NCBI GenBank assembly: GCA_036149055.1
Contig: JAYZQJ010000144.1
Location: 1 to 36,395, forward strand
Direction of reading: 5' to 3'
DNA from: Myxococcota bacterium
GTDB taxonomy: Bacteria > Myxococcota_A > Polyangia > Polyangiales > Sandaracinaceae
DNA: 36,395 nucleotides
Part shown: positions 17,601-26,250 of the stretch, one piece after another
Numbering within the stretch: position 1 is the stretch's first letter
How the letters are laid out: each line of letters begins with the position of its first letter
Made by a program: the position numbers and the translations under genes
The notes under the pieces: model-generated
Database searches by the model: none
Seen by the model: the letters and a program-made list of their open reading frames with translations, nothing else
Told to the model about the DNA's origin: nothing

Positions 17601-18898
17601 CGGAGCAGTCCCTCGACCCGCCGAACCACGAGGCGGCCGAGCAGCACTACCGCGCGGCGATCCAGGCGTCCCCGGACACCTTCGAGCCCTACCTCGCGCT
17701 GGCCGAGCTCTTCCTCGACACCGAGCGCGGCTCGGATGCCGGCGCGGTGCTCGCCCAGGCCTCGTCCCGCGTGGAGGAGTCCGCCGACATGCGGCTCGCC
17801 CTCGGCCGGTTCGAGGTGCGCCGCAACAACCTGGACGCGGCCATCCGCGAGCTGCGCCGGGCGCTCCAGCTCGATCCCGACCTGCCGCCGGCGATGTTCT
17901 CCCTCGGCGTGGCCCACCGTCGGGCCGGCCACCTCGACCGCGCGGCCGAGACCTTCGAGCGCCTCGCCCGGATCGACGGCGCGCACCCGGGCCTGGCCCT
18001 CGAGCGAGGGCTGCTGTTCGAGGCGCGCGGCGAGTCGGAGCGCGCGGTGGCGGCCTACCGGGACGCCCTCGAGGAGGCGCCGAACGACATGGACCTCCTC
18101 CTCCGCCTCGGCGCGGCCCAGGTCGCCGCCGGGCAGACCGACGAGGCCGAGGACACCCTCGAGCGGGTCCGCCAGTCGCGGCCCAACTCGGCCGAGGCCA
18201 ACCACTTCATGGGCCGCGTCCAGTTCGCCCGCGGTCAGTACACCGAGGCGCTCGGGCCGCTGCGGCAGGCGGTCCGGCTCGACCCGTCGCGCGGGGAGTT
18301 CCACCTCTACGTCGGCTGGGCCGCCCTCGAGGCCGGCTCCCTCGGCGAGGCCCTCTCGAGCGTCGAGGAGGCGATCGAGCGCGACCCGAGCCTGGGCGAC
18401 GCCCACTGGATCCGCGGCGAGGTCCTGCTCCGCTCGGGGCGGCCGCGCGACGCCCTCGACGACCTGCGGCGCGCGCTCGAGCTGAAGCCGAGCCGCACCG
18501 AGATCCTCGCGGCGATGGGGCAGGCGCACAACGAGCTGCGCAACCTCTCGGAGGCCGAGGCGGCCTACGAGCAGGCGGTCCAGCGCGTCGACGACAACGG
18601 GGAGTGGTGGTACCGCCTCGGGCGCCTGCGCATGGACCGCGGCAACCGCGGCGAGGCCAAGCTGGCGCTCGCCCGGGCCACGCTCCTCGGCGACGCGATG
18701 ACCCCGCTCCCCGGCTGGCTCGCCGACGCCCACCGGCTCCAGGCCGAGGCGATCCGGCTCGGCGGCAACCGCGGCGAGCGCCGCGAGGCGGTCCAGCACT
18801 ACCGCCGCTACCTCGAGCTCGCCCCGGCCGGCGCCATCGACCGCGCCGACGTCCGCCGCACGCTGATGGACCTCGGCGAGGTCCCGCCCCCCGAGTGA
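14615..18898 (+). CDS. Zinc-ribbon (MJ0042-type) / DLP-repeat linker / TM / TPR membrane protein
   Basis: CPSC..CPKC N-terminus; low-complexity repeat linker; one TM ('VLVVAAVLGLLVAAGVGLGF'); long TPR array. Confidence 0.88.
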   Translation: MQVACPSCSAEYPVDERRLPASGLKMRCPKCGARFHVHPDGRVDAAESGAAAAGPKKGSFPKPGGAAPPKPPSIPKPGARKPPSGAFDADLPAPKAKTRPLAPDFGADLPAPKKRPLAPPVPGAKKPLAPPPGGLDLDLPAPRSARPKPPAPELDLDLPAPKSARPKIAPPAPDLDLDLPAPKSARPAKKAPIAPPLDDLDLPAPRGAAPRGAAPRGAAPRGAAAEDDGLDLPAPRKAAAFDDGLDLPAPRGAKPTPAATPAASDDFELDLPAPRGKTPAPDLDLPAPRAARSADPLDDLDLPAPKGSAAGGGAFGDLDLPAPRSEPKPALADDSRTPFDDLDLPAPRSGASSDGGVDLPAAKGFGGVDLPQPKTKSVIEEADEAFGDLDLPMPKSVRPGADDGFGDLDLPTPKGASDLPAPKGGGFGDLDLPTPKGASDLPAPKDDGFGDLDLPTPRSDLPMPKGGAGFEDLDLPVPRGASDLPAPADQADLPVAAGASDLPALGGDFDDLALPEPRSLPPGPAPEALDASEEDLRDAAGRSGLGGTAFGELDLGDGGDADDMEFADIPQEGASAPAEGRDSLPPPRVVAQKKKDLKGPAKPKKSRAVLVVAAVLGLLVAAGVGLGFTPYGYFGVYFFDQFMPGAGDPAQVRSTIASAEELAASDRWADVRRSMIALGRARNQAGLNRELLARSLVHEALFQLRFDDASDSGRASQIMQRLEERGSMEDPEMALARAAHLARTRNPAAAAQLARARAHAPTDPYVDLIAGELALAGGDAAGALEAFQAAVEKGGATRALWGVARARLAMGDEAAPEAIAAVLEATPTHGEAMVVQATLRLEAGETEEATRLALQVTGREPVGEERLWSSPAARARAWTLLGRVQEQRGRVTQALAHYDDALAARDAHVPALLGAGRVLLGDRPGDALVRFESVLQAEGAAEMQVASGRTAQHEAQLGAARAMLALDRVQEAKATLETLATAREDDAEVLLWLGRAEQSLDPPNHEAAEQHYRAAIQASPDTFEPYLALAELFLDTERGSDAGAVLAQASSRVEESADMRLALGRFEVRRNNLDAAIRELRRALQLDPDLPPAMFSLGVAHRRAGHLDRAAETFERLARIDGAHPGLALERGLLFEARGESERAVAAYRDALEEAPNDMDLLLRLGAAQVAAGQTDEAEDTLERVRQSRPNSAEANHFMGRVQFARGQYTEALGPLRQAVRLDPSRGEFHLYVGWAALEAGSLGEALSSVEEAIERDPSLGDAHWIRGEVLLRSGRPRDALDDLRRALELKPSRTEILAAMGQAHNELRNLSEAEAAYEQAVQRVDDNGEWWYRLGRLRMDRGNRGEAKLALARATLLGDAMTPLPGWLADAHRLQAEAIRLGGNRGERREAVQHYRRYLELAPAGAIDRADVRRTLMDLGEVPPPE
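14882..16131 (+). repeat. About 26 copies of a D-L-P-x-P-K/R-type peptide motif; includes a 15-bp x4 tandem repeat (15224-15283)
   Basis: Counted in the translation; GCGCCCAGGGGAGCC-like unit x4 encodes APRGA. Confidence 0.85.
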
Positions 18899-18950
18899 GG
18901 GAACTCTCGCTCGGGTTGGCTCACCCGCGCGGCCGCGGCAGCCTGCGCGC

Positions 18951-19502
18951 ATGACGACCCGCCTGACCATCCTCCTCGCGCTCCTCTCCCTCACCGCCTG
19001 CGGCGGCGGCGACGCCCACGACGAGGCCCCCCACGACGAGACGGCGGTGGCCGCCGGAGACGAGGCCCCGCACCACGAGGGCGCGGGCGAGGAGGAGGTC
19101 CAGAACCCCTCCGAGCCGATCGAGACCCGCGAGGACGGCTCGCGCCTCTACGGCAACGCGATGAGCGAGTCGGAGGTGACGCCCCTCGCCACCATCCTCG
19201 CCACGCCCGCCGACTACGCTGGCCAGGTGGTGAAGACCGAAGGCGAGATCACCCAGGTCTGCCAGCGCATGGGCTGCTGGATGGAGATCCGCGCCGAAGA
19301 GGGCAGCCCGGGCATCCGCGTCCCGATGGCCGGCCACTCCTTCTTCCTGCCCCGCGATCTCTCGGGCAGCCGCGCCACCGTCGAGGGCACCGTGATCGTC
19401 GAGGAGCTCGACGAGGACACCCGCGCCCACCTCGCCGAGGAGGGCGGCCAGGCCCTCGATCAGGATCTCAGCATCGAGGCCACCGCCGTCCTCGTGCATT
19501 GA
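18951..19502 (+). CDS. DUF4920-like lipoprotein (OB-fold-like)
   Basis: Lipobox LTA-C; His/acidic N-terminus; 'VKTEGEITQVCQRMGCWMEI', 'FFLPRDLSG'. Confidence 0.8.
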   Translation: MTTRLTILLALLSLTACGGGDAHDEAPHDETAVAAGDEAPHHEGAGEEEVQNPSEPIETREDGSRLYGNAMSESEVTPLATILATPADYAGQVVKTEGEITQVCQRMGCWMEIRAEEGSPGIRVPMAGHSFFLPRDLSGSRATVEGTVIVEELDEDTRAHLAEEGGQALDQDLSIEATAVLVH

Positions 19503-19503
19503 T

Positions 19504-19575
19504 CCTTCGCCGCCTTCCACTCGCGGGAAGCGAGGGAGGGCGGAAACGAGGGGCTGCGGCTTCGCCGCGTCTCCG
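19504..19575. repeat. Nested hairpins between convergent genes (REP-like or bidirectional terminator)
   Basis: CCGCCTTCC-a-CTCGC-gggaa-GCGAG-GGAGGGCGG (19510-19543); GCGGC-TTC-GCCGC (19556-19568, GAA loop on the minus strand). Confidence 0.45.
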
Positions 19576-19601
19576 GGGAGTCGGGGGCGCCGAGAGGCCA
19601 G

Positions 19602-20423
19602 CTACCAGGCCGGGCCGGGCGGCTTCTCGGTCTCCCAGACGAGGAGCAGGGAGAGCTGCCCGTGGCCGGGCTGCGCGAGGTCGGCGAAGCCGAGGAGCAC
19701 GAGCCCGGCCTGGCCGGCGCTGAGGCGCACGCCGAGCTCGGGGCCGCCGGAGAGGTCGAAGCGGTCGACGTCGTCGTAGCGGCGGCCGAGCACGCTCACG
19801 CCGAGCTCCACCATGTGGAAGCCGAGGCGGCCGCCGAGCCAGAGCTGCAGGACGTCGTCGATCTGCGGCTGGTAGGCGCCGACCATCCACACGCCGAGGA
19901 ACCAGCCGTCGGTGAGCACCGAGCCGTCCTCGAAGGCGCCGCCGTTCAGGGGGCGGGCGTCGGTCGCGAAGACCGAGCCGCTCTGGATCGCCAGGCCGAC
20001 CCGGCCCCGGCCGAAGAGGCCCCACATGCGGAAGTCGACGCCGACGTCCGGGAGGAGGCCGGCGGTGACGTCGCCGGAGACGCGGCTGGTGCGCAGGCCG
20101 TTGTGGTCGCTCTGGTAGAGCCCGCTGACCACGCCCAGGGAGATGCCGAGGCCGAAGCGGGAGTCGCCGGTGTAGCCGGCGCCGCAGTAGCCGTCCCAGC
20201 AAGGGTCGTAGCCGTAGCCCCGACGCCGGACCCGGGGGGAGCGGCCGCGGTCGCGCACCCGGGCCGAGCCGCGGGTCGAGCCGCGGGTCGAGCCGCGGCG
20301 CTCCTGGCGTCGCTCGCGCGGGGCGCGAACGGAGCCGGGGCGGTTGGCGCGGACCTGGGCGTCGGCCACCGAGGGCGGCGGCGCGACCGAGAGGAGGGCG
20401 AGGACGAGGAGTGCGCGGGTCAC
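19602..20423 (-). CDS. Secreted / outer-membrane beta-barrel-like hypothetical protein
   Basis: Signal peptide 'VTRALLVLALLSVAPPPSVADA-Q'; Arg-rich segment; alternating beta-strand patterns ('LQLWLGGRLGFH', 'GPELGVRL'). Confidence 0.6.
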   Translation of the reverse strand: MTRALLVLALLSVAPPPSVADAQVRANRPGSVRAPRERRQERRGSTRGSTRGSARVRDRGRSPRVRRRGYGYDPCWDGYCGAGYTGDSRFGLGISLGVVSGLYQSDHNGLRTSRVSGDVTAGLLPDVGVDFRMWGLFGRGRVGLAIQSGSVFATDARPLNGGAFEDGSVLTDGWFLGVWMVGAYQPQIDDVLQLWLGGRLGFHMVELGVSVLGRRYDDVDRFDLSGGPELGVRLSAGQAGLVLLGFADLAQPGHGQLSLLLVWETEKPPGPAW

Positions 20424-20495
20424 GGGCAGCTCATCGAGGCTCTCAGGGTGAAGTTTCCTCCGCAACCCGTCTCGCGCCGCTACGATGAGGTCGCC

Positions 20496-20891
20496 GTGAG
20501 AGCCTGGATCCTGCTCGGCCTCGTCACCCTCGCCGCCGGCTGCGAGGACGACGCCCTCTACACCCACTGCCAGCGCGCCGCCCACTGCGGCTCGCGCACC
20601 TACGACGAAGGCGACGACGAGGTCACCGTCTACCTCGACTGCGTCGACGTGGCGGTGGAGGTCGAGCCGACCCGCACCACCTCCGGCTCGTTCTGCACGC
20701 TGCCGTGCTTCTCGGATCGCGACTGCGACAGCCGGGTCGGCCTCGGCTGGGGCGCGTGCATCCAGTGGCCCGGCGACGCCGAGGCGTTCTGCTACCAGCG
20801 CTGCGAGGCGCTCGAGTGCTACCCGAGCAGCACCTGCGAGCGCGTCCTGCTCGACGGCGAACCGGTCGACGTCTGTCTCCCGGGCCGCTGA
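20496..20891 (+). CDS. Small Cys-rich lipoprotein
   Basis: Lipobox LAAG-C followed by 12 further Cys (FCTLPC..DC, FCYQRC..C). Confidence 0.7.
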   Translation: MRAWILLGLVTLAAGCEDDALYTHCQRAAHCGSRTYDEGDDEVTVYLDCVDVAVEVEPTRTTSGSFCTLPCFSDRDCDSRVGLGWGACIQWPGDAEAFCYQRCEALECYPSSTCERVLLDGEPVDVCLPGR

Positions 20892-20953
20892 AGCTGCGGC
20901 GAGACGGTCGGTCGGCCGGGAGGAGGCATGCCCCTCCGCAAGCCGAGGTGGCG

Positions 20954-23506
20954 TCACCGCCGCCGGCGGCGGACCAGGGCGAGCGCGGCGAGGGGGAGCA
21001 GCCACAGGCCGGAGGGGCCGCGGCTCGGGGAGGCGGCGCGGCAGGAGCACCCGCCGTCCATCTCCATCACCCCGCCCGCGTCGACGCCGCTCGTCCCGCC
21101 GTCGTCGCCCCCGTCGCTGTCGACGACGCCGCCGTCGGTCGCGCCGCCGTCGCTCGGGTCGCCCGCGTCCACCATGGGCATCACGCCGCCGTCCACGCCC
21201 GCGTCGGGCACGCCCGCGTCCTCGCAGCTCGGATCCGCCGCCCCCGCGCACAGGCCGGCGCCGTCGCACACGTCGTCCAGGGTGCACGCGTCGCCGTCGT
21301 CGCAGCTCGCGCCGGCCGGCACCGGATCGTTCGCGCAGCCCATGGTCGCGTCGCAGGAGTCGGCGGTGCACGGGTTCATGTCGTCGCAGCTGATCGCCGC
21401 GCCCGCGCACACGCCCGCGCCGTCGCAGGCGTCGGTCGCCGTGCACGCGTCGCCATCGTCGCAGCTCGCGCCGGCCGCGACCGGCGTGCTCGCGCAGCCG
21501 GTGGACGGGTCGCAGACGTCGGCGGTGCAGGGGTTCGCGTCGTCGCACGCGAGCGGGGTGCCCATCGCGCAGACGCCGGCTCCGTCGCAGACCTCGTCGC
21601 CGTTGCACACGTCGCCGTCGCCGCACGCGGTCCCGGCGGCGACCGGGGCGCTCGCGCAGCCGGTGGACGGGTCACAGAGGTCGGCCGTGCAGGGGTTCGT
21701 GTCGTCGCAGCTCACCGTCCCGCCACCCGCGCACGCGCCCGCGCCGTCGCAGGCGTCGCCCATCGTGCAGGCGTCGCCGTCGTCGCAGCTCGCGCCCATC
21801 GCGACCGGCGCGTTCACGCAGCCGGCGGACGGGTCGCAGGAGTCGGCGGTGCAGACGTTCATGTCGTCGCAGACGAGCGGGGTCCCCGCGCCACACACGC
21901 CGGCCCCGTCGCACAGCTCGTCGCCGTTGCAAGCGTCGCCGTCTCCGCAGGCGGTGCCCGCGGCGACCGGGGCGTGGGTGCAGCCGCCGGTCGGGTCGCA
22001 GGAGTCGGCGGTGCAGGGGTTCATGTCGTCGCAGCTCAGGCCGCCGCCCACGCACGCCCCGGTGGCGTCGCAGGCATCGGCGGTGGTGCAGGCGTCGCCG
22101 TCGTCGCAGCTGGCGCCCGGCGTCACCTCGCAGGCGAAGCGATCGCAGGCCTCGCAGCCGCCGCAGTCGGCCGTCGTCCCGCAGCTCGAGGGCGCGGTGG
22201 GGAAGTCGACCGCGTTGTCGTCCGTGTCCTGCGCGTCCGGCGAGCGGACCGCGACCTCGCCGCTGCCGGGCGTGCTCCGCGCGGTGACGCCCGCGTAGCC
22301 CGCGCCGCCGTAGGTCACGACGTCGACGATCGTGCGGCCCACGCCCAGCGCGAGGAGCTGATCGCCGCTTCCGGCGAGGGCCACGCCGCCGGTCGCCCAC
22401 ACCGCCAGGTCGGTCATGTCGGGCGTCATCGCGTCGCTCGTCCCCCACTCGGCGTCGGCGCGCACGCCGTACTCGGTGAAGAACGCCGCGCCGTCGCGCG
22501 CGACGACGAAGGTGCCGCCCGGCGCGAGCGAGGCGCTCGGGAACGTGGCCATGCCCTCGCCCGCGTCCGGCTCCTCCTCGTCGCCGAGCGCGAACGTCGC
22601 GAGGTCGAGGCTCACCCCGGTCTGGTTGCGGACCTCGACCATCTCGCCGTTGGTCGGCGCGTGCACGAAGCGGGTGATCTGGAGCGGCGCGTAGACGTCA
22701 CCGTCGGCCTCGAACCAGGCGTCGAAGTGGTAGTCCAGCCGGGTCTCGGTGCCGGTGCTCGTGGTGAACTCGGCGAAGGTGTTCGGGTACGAGGCGGTCC
22801 GCGGGTCGCCGTAGTCGCTCACCACGTCGAGCGCGTTCGAGATGCTCGGCCCGCCGACGTCGATGGTGTTGCCGGTCGAGATGTCCTCGCGAAAGGTCGC
22901 GACCGTGAAGCGCGCCGCCGGCGCCGGGCCCGCCGCCACCCCGAGCACGCTCCAGGGGATCGCGATCTCCACCGTCGAGCCGACCAGGGCGATCGTCCCG
23001 ACGCCGACCGTCGAGAAGCTCGTGTCGATGACGCGCACCGTGGGCGCGACGCCCATCGCCTGGGTCTGGACCAGGAGCTCCCAGCGCGCCGCGTCCGAGG
23101 TGACGGTGTCGGCGAACCCCGCGAAGAACTCCTGGCCGCTGCCCGCCACCCGGTCGAGGTCGATCGCGATCTGGACCTGCGGCGGGTTCGGGCTCGGCCC
23201 GATGATCGGCCCGGCCGCCTCGAGCCGGAAGTAGAGGCTCGTCGCGTCCGCGGTCACCGCCACCCGCACCAGGTCGGCGCCCTCCTCGGGCGTCGAGAGA
23301 TCGGTGCGCGCGTCGCCGGTCGCGTCCAGCCAGATCAGCTCGCCGGTGCTCATCGCGTCGCGGGCGACGATGCCGAGGTTGGCGTGGCTCGGCGCGCGAC
23401 TCGACCACTCCGACGTGGCGCCGTCGACCACCACCGGGTGCGCGAAGGCGGCGGGGGCGGCCAGCAGGGTGAGCGAGGAGAGGGCGAGGGCGGTGGTCCG
23501 GGTCAT
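20954..23506 (-). CDS. MYXO-CTERM surface protein: DOMON-like + lamin-tail-like domains + Cys-rich repeat stalk
   Basis: Signal peptide; 'DLVRVAVTADATSLYFRL..QIAIDLD'; 'EMVEVRNQTGVSLDL..SLAPGGTFVVA..LAGSGDQLL'; C-terminal 'GGCSC..LWLLPLAALALVRRRRR'. Confidence 0.85.
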   Translation of the reverse strand: MTRTTALALSSLTLLAAPAAFAHPVVVDGATSEWSSRAPSHANLGIVARDAMSTGELIWLDATGDARTDLSTPEEGADLVRVAVTADATSLYFRLEAAGPIIGPSPNPPQVQIAIDLDRVAGSGQEFFAGFADTVTSDAARWELLVQTQAMGVAPTVRVIDTSFSTVGVGTIALVGSTVEIAIPWSVLGVAAGPAPAARFTVATFREDISTGNTIDVGGPSISNALDVVSDYGDPRTASYPNTFAEFTTSTGTETRLDYHFDAWFEADGDVYAPLQITRFVHAPTNGEMVEVRNQTGVSLDLATFALGDEEEPDAGEGMATFPSASLAPGGTFVVARDGAAFFTEYGVRADAEWGTSDAMTPDMTDLAVWATGGVALAGSGDQLLALGVGRTIVDVVTYGGAGYAGVTARSTPGSGEVAVRSPDAQDTDDNAVDFPTAPSSCGTTADCGGCEACDRFACEVTPGASCDDGDACTTADACDATGACVGGGLSCDDMNPCTADSCDPTGGCTHAPVAAGTACGDGDACNGDELCDGAGVCGAGTPLVCDDMNVCTADSCDPSAGCVNAPVAMGASCDDGDACTMGDACDGAGACAGGGTVSCDDTNPCTADLCDPSTGCASAPVAAGTACGDGDVCNGDEVCDGAGVCAMGTPLACDDANPCTADVCDPSTGCASTPVAAGASCDDGDACTATDACDGAGVCAGAAISCDDMNPCTADSCDATMGCANDPVPAGASCDDGDACTLDDVCDGAGLCAGAADPSCEDAGVPDAGVDGGVMPMVDAGDPSDGGATDGGVVDSDGGDDGGTSGVDAGGVMEMDGGCSCRAASPSRGPSGLWLLPLAALALVRRRRR
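21232..22111 (-). repeat. Eleven 4-Cys repeats (CDDGDACT..D.C / CDDMNPCTADSC / CGDGD.CNGDE.C)
   Basis: Counted in the translation; order A-B-C-B-A-B-C-B-A-B-A. Confidence 0.85.
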
Positions 23507-23554
23507 CGCCGAAGAGGCTACCCGTGACTCACCCTCGCGTCACGTCGACCCGGA

Positions 23555-24895
23555 TCAGGTCAGCCCGGCGCGCGCCAGGACCTTCTTGCCCTCGCGGATG
23601 GCGTCCTTTCGGACGCGAGCCTCGTCGAGGGTCTGCACCTCGCCGCGCCGCACCACCCAGGCGCCGTCCACCAGGACCTCGCGCACGTCGCTCGCGGTGC
23701 AGGAGTAGACCAGCCGCGTGATCGGATCGCCGCCCGGCTGCGCGTGCAGGCCCTCGAGGTCGACCACCATCAGATCCGCCTTCTTGCCGACCTCGATCGA
23801 GCCGGTCTGGTCGTCGATGCCGAGGGCGCGCGCGCCGTCGATCGTCGCCATCGCCAGCGCGTCGACCGCGGAGAGGGCCGCGGCGTCGAGGCGCTTCACC
23901 TTCGCGAGCAGCGCCGCCTGACGCAGCTCCGTCCAGGCGTCCATGCGGTTGTTGCAGGGCGCGCCGTCCGCTCCCAGCCCGACCACGATGCCCGCGTCGC
24001 GCATGGCGACGACGTCGGCGATGCCGCTCGCGAGCTTCATGTTGGCGCTCGGGCAGTGCACGATCCGCGTGCCCGCCTTCGCGACCTTCTTCATCTGCGC
24101 CCGGGTGAGCTGCACGCCGTGGGCGAGCACCACGTGGGGGCCGGCGAAGCCCCACTCGGCGAGCGCGTCCACGTCGTCCATGCCGAGCGCGGCCCGGACC
24201 TCGGCCTTCTCCCCCGGGTGCTCGGCCACGTGGCTGTGCACGCGCAGGCCCCGCTTCTCGGCTTCTCTGGCCACGTCGCGCAGGAGCCGCTCGCTGCAGC
24301 TGAGGATGAAGCGCGGGCAGAAGCAGTAGCCCAGCCGTCCGCCGGCCGCGCCGTCCCACTTCTCGGCGAGGCGGAGGCTCTCCTTCAGGCTCGAGGTCCG
24401 GGACTCCTGCATGGACTTCGGGACGCCGAGCCCCGCGTCCATCATCGACTTGCCGGCGAAGCCGCGGATCCCGCTCTCCTTCATCGCCCGGAAGATCGCG
24501 TCCTGGTGGTGCACGCTGCCGAGGTCGAAGATCGTCGTCGTGCCGCCCTTGAGCATCTCGGCGAGGCCGAGCCGGGCGCTGGCGCGCATCGAGCGGGCGT
24601 CGTGGGCGCCCTCGAGCGGCCAGATGCGCTCGCGGAGCCAGCGGAGCAGCGGCAGCTCGTCGGCCATGCCGCGGAAGAGCGCCTGGCAGAGGTGCACGTG
24701 GGCCTGGACGAAGCCCGGGACCACCGCGCAGCCCGTCCCGTCGATCACGTGGGCGACCCCGCCGGAGGGCACGTCGCCCACCGCGGTGATCCGATCGCCC
24801 TCCACCCGCACGTCGCCCTTCAGGACCCGGCGCTCGGCGTCCATCGTCACCACGGACGCGCCGCGAATGATCACGGTGTCGGCCACCCCGGTCAC
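23555..24895 (-). CDS. Amidohydrolase, 5'-deoxyadenosine / MTA-SAH deaminase family
   Basis: 'PGFVQAHVHLCQ', 'HSHVAE', 'HCPSANMKLASG', 'GLGADGAPCNN', 'GSIEVGKKADL'; GTGA overlap with cdd. Confidence 0.88.
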   Translation of the reverse strand: MTGVADTVIIRGASVVTMDAERRVLKGDVRVEGDRITAVGDVPSGGVAHVIDGTGCAVVPGFVQAHVHLCQALFRGMADELPLLRWLRERIWPLEGAHDARSMRASARLGLAEMLKGGTTTIFDLGSVHHQDAIFRAMKESGIRGFAGKSMMDAGLGVPKSMQESRTSSLKESLRLAEKWDGAAGGRLGYCFCPRFILSCSERLLRDVAREAEKRGLRVHSHVAEHPGEKAEVRAALGMDDVDALAEWGFAGPHVVLAHGVQLTRAQMKKVAKAGTRIVHCPSANMKLASGIADVVAMRDAGIVVGLGADGAPCNNRMDAWTELRQAALLAKVKRLDAAALSAVDALAMATIDGARALGIDDQTGSIEVGKKADLMVVDLEGLHAQPGGDPITRLVYSCTASDVREVLVDGAWVVRRGEVQTLDEARVRKDAIREGKKVLARAGLT

Positions 24896-25293
24896 TCGAG
24901 GTACCCCGGCCCGAAGGCGTGCGGCAGCAGCGCCTCGACGCTCGTCTCGATCCGGTCGCCGTCCACGCTGACGCAGAGCACGGGGAAGGGCGGCGGCAGC
25001 TCCGCGAGGACCTGCCGGCACATGCCGCAGGGCGCGGCCGCCTTCTCGCCGCCGGTGACGACCACGAGGGCCGCGAACGCGCGCTCGCCGTCCGCCACCG
25101 CGCGGCTCACCGCGCCCCGCTCGGCGCAGAGCGAGAGCCCGTAGCTGGCGTTCTCCACGTTGGTCCCCGTGTAGACCGCGCCGCTCTCGCCCAGCAGCGC
25201 CGCGCCGACGCGGTAGCCGCTGTACGGGGCGTAGGCCCGCTCCCGGACCTCGCGCGCCGCCGCCTCGAGGGCGCCCCAGTCCACGTCGGTCAC
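24892..25293 (-). CDS. cdd: Cytidine deaminase (homotetrameric type)
   Basis: 'AYAPYSGYRVGAAL', 'NVENASYGLSLCAER', 'PCGMCRQVL', 'LLPHAF'. Confidence 0.96.
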   Translation of the reverse strand: MTDVDWGALEAAAREVRERAYAPYSGYRVGAALLGESGAVYTGTNVENASYGLSLCAERGAVSRAVADGERAFAALVVVTGGEKAAAPCGMCRQVLAELPPPFPVLCVSVDGDRIETSVEALLPHAFGPGYLE

Positions 25294-26126
25294 GCGGACA
25301 TCTTCTCCAGCACGCCGCCGATCAGCCCCTGGAAGCGAGCGCGCACGCGGGTCGCCGTCTCGGTGACCTCGTCGTGGCTCAGCGGCTCCTTCGAGATGCC
25401 GGCGGCGAGGTTCGTGATGCAGGAGACGCCGAGCACGCGCATGCCCATGTGGCGGGCCGCGATCACCTCGAGCACGGTGCTCATGCCGATCGCGTCGGCG
25501 CCGAGGCCCTTCAGCATGCGCACCTCCGCCGGCGTCTCGTAGGTCGGGCCGAGCAGGCCCGCGTACACGCCGCGCTGGAGCGAGAAGCCCATGCCCCCGG
25601 CCACGCCCTCCGCGAGCTCGCCGAGCGCCGGATCGTAGGCCTGGCTCATGTCGGGGAAGCGCGGCCCGAAGGCCTCCTCGTTCGGGCCGAGCAGCGCGTT
25701 GGTCCCGGTCAGGTTCAGGTGGTCGGTGATGCGCATCAGGTCGCCGGCCTCGAAGCCGTCGCCGCAGCCGCCGGCCGCGTTCGTGATGATCATCGCCTCG
25801 GCGCCGAGGTGCTTCATCAGGCGCACCCCGAACACGATGTCCTCGACCGGGTGCCCCTCGTAGAGATGCACGCGACCCTGCATGGCCACCACCGGGGTCC
25901 CGGACGCGCGGCCGAGCACGAGGTTGCCGGCGTGCCCCACGATCTTCGAGACCGGCATCGAGGGGATCTCGCCGTACGGCACGACGTCGCGGTCGTCGAG
26001 CGTGTCCGCGAAGCCCCCGAGGCCGGAGCCGAGGACGAGGGCGACGCGCGGGGTGAGGGAGCTCTTCGCGCGGACGGCGGCCGCGGCGGCTTCCACGCGC
26101 GGCATCTGCGGGGTGTGATCGGACAT
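25290..26126 (-). CDS. punA: Purine-nucleoside phosphorylase (trimeric type)
   Basis: 'LVLGSGLG', 'MQGRVHLYEG', 'TNAAGG', 'GPTYETPAE', 'GMSTVLE', 'TNLAAG', 'LSHDEV'. Confidence 0.95.
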   Translation of the reverse strand: MSDHTPQMPRVEAAAAAVRAKSSLTPRVALVLGSGLGGFADTLDDRDVVPYGEIPSMPVSKIVGHAGNLVLGRASGTPVVAMQGRVHLYEGHPVEDIVFGVRLMKHLGAEAMIITNAAGGCGDGFEAGDLMRITDHLNLTGTNALLGPNEEAFGPRFPDMSQAYDPALGELAEGVAGGMGFSLQRGVYAGLLGPTYETPAEVRMLKGLGADAIGMSTVLEVIAARHMGMRVLGVSCITNLAAGISKEPLSHDEVTETATRVRARFQGLIGGVLEKMSA

Positions 26127-26250
26127 GGAAGGCATGTTCTGGCATGAGTCCCCGTCGAGTCCAGAACGAGGAACTCCCGGCCCCCCGAGGTGTCCGATGT
26201 CTGGTCATCCGTCCCGGGGGACCCATGTTGAGGGCGAGGAGCACGGCTCG

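Noticed and set aside
20928..22298. Ser/Pro/Gln-rich repetitive 456-aa ORF
   Set aside because: Reverse-strand image of the Cys repeats in the MYXO-CTERM gene
20954..23506. TraA kin-recognition orthologue
   Set aside because: No PA14-like head recognised and no adjacent OmpA-domain traB
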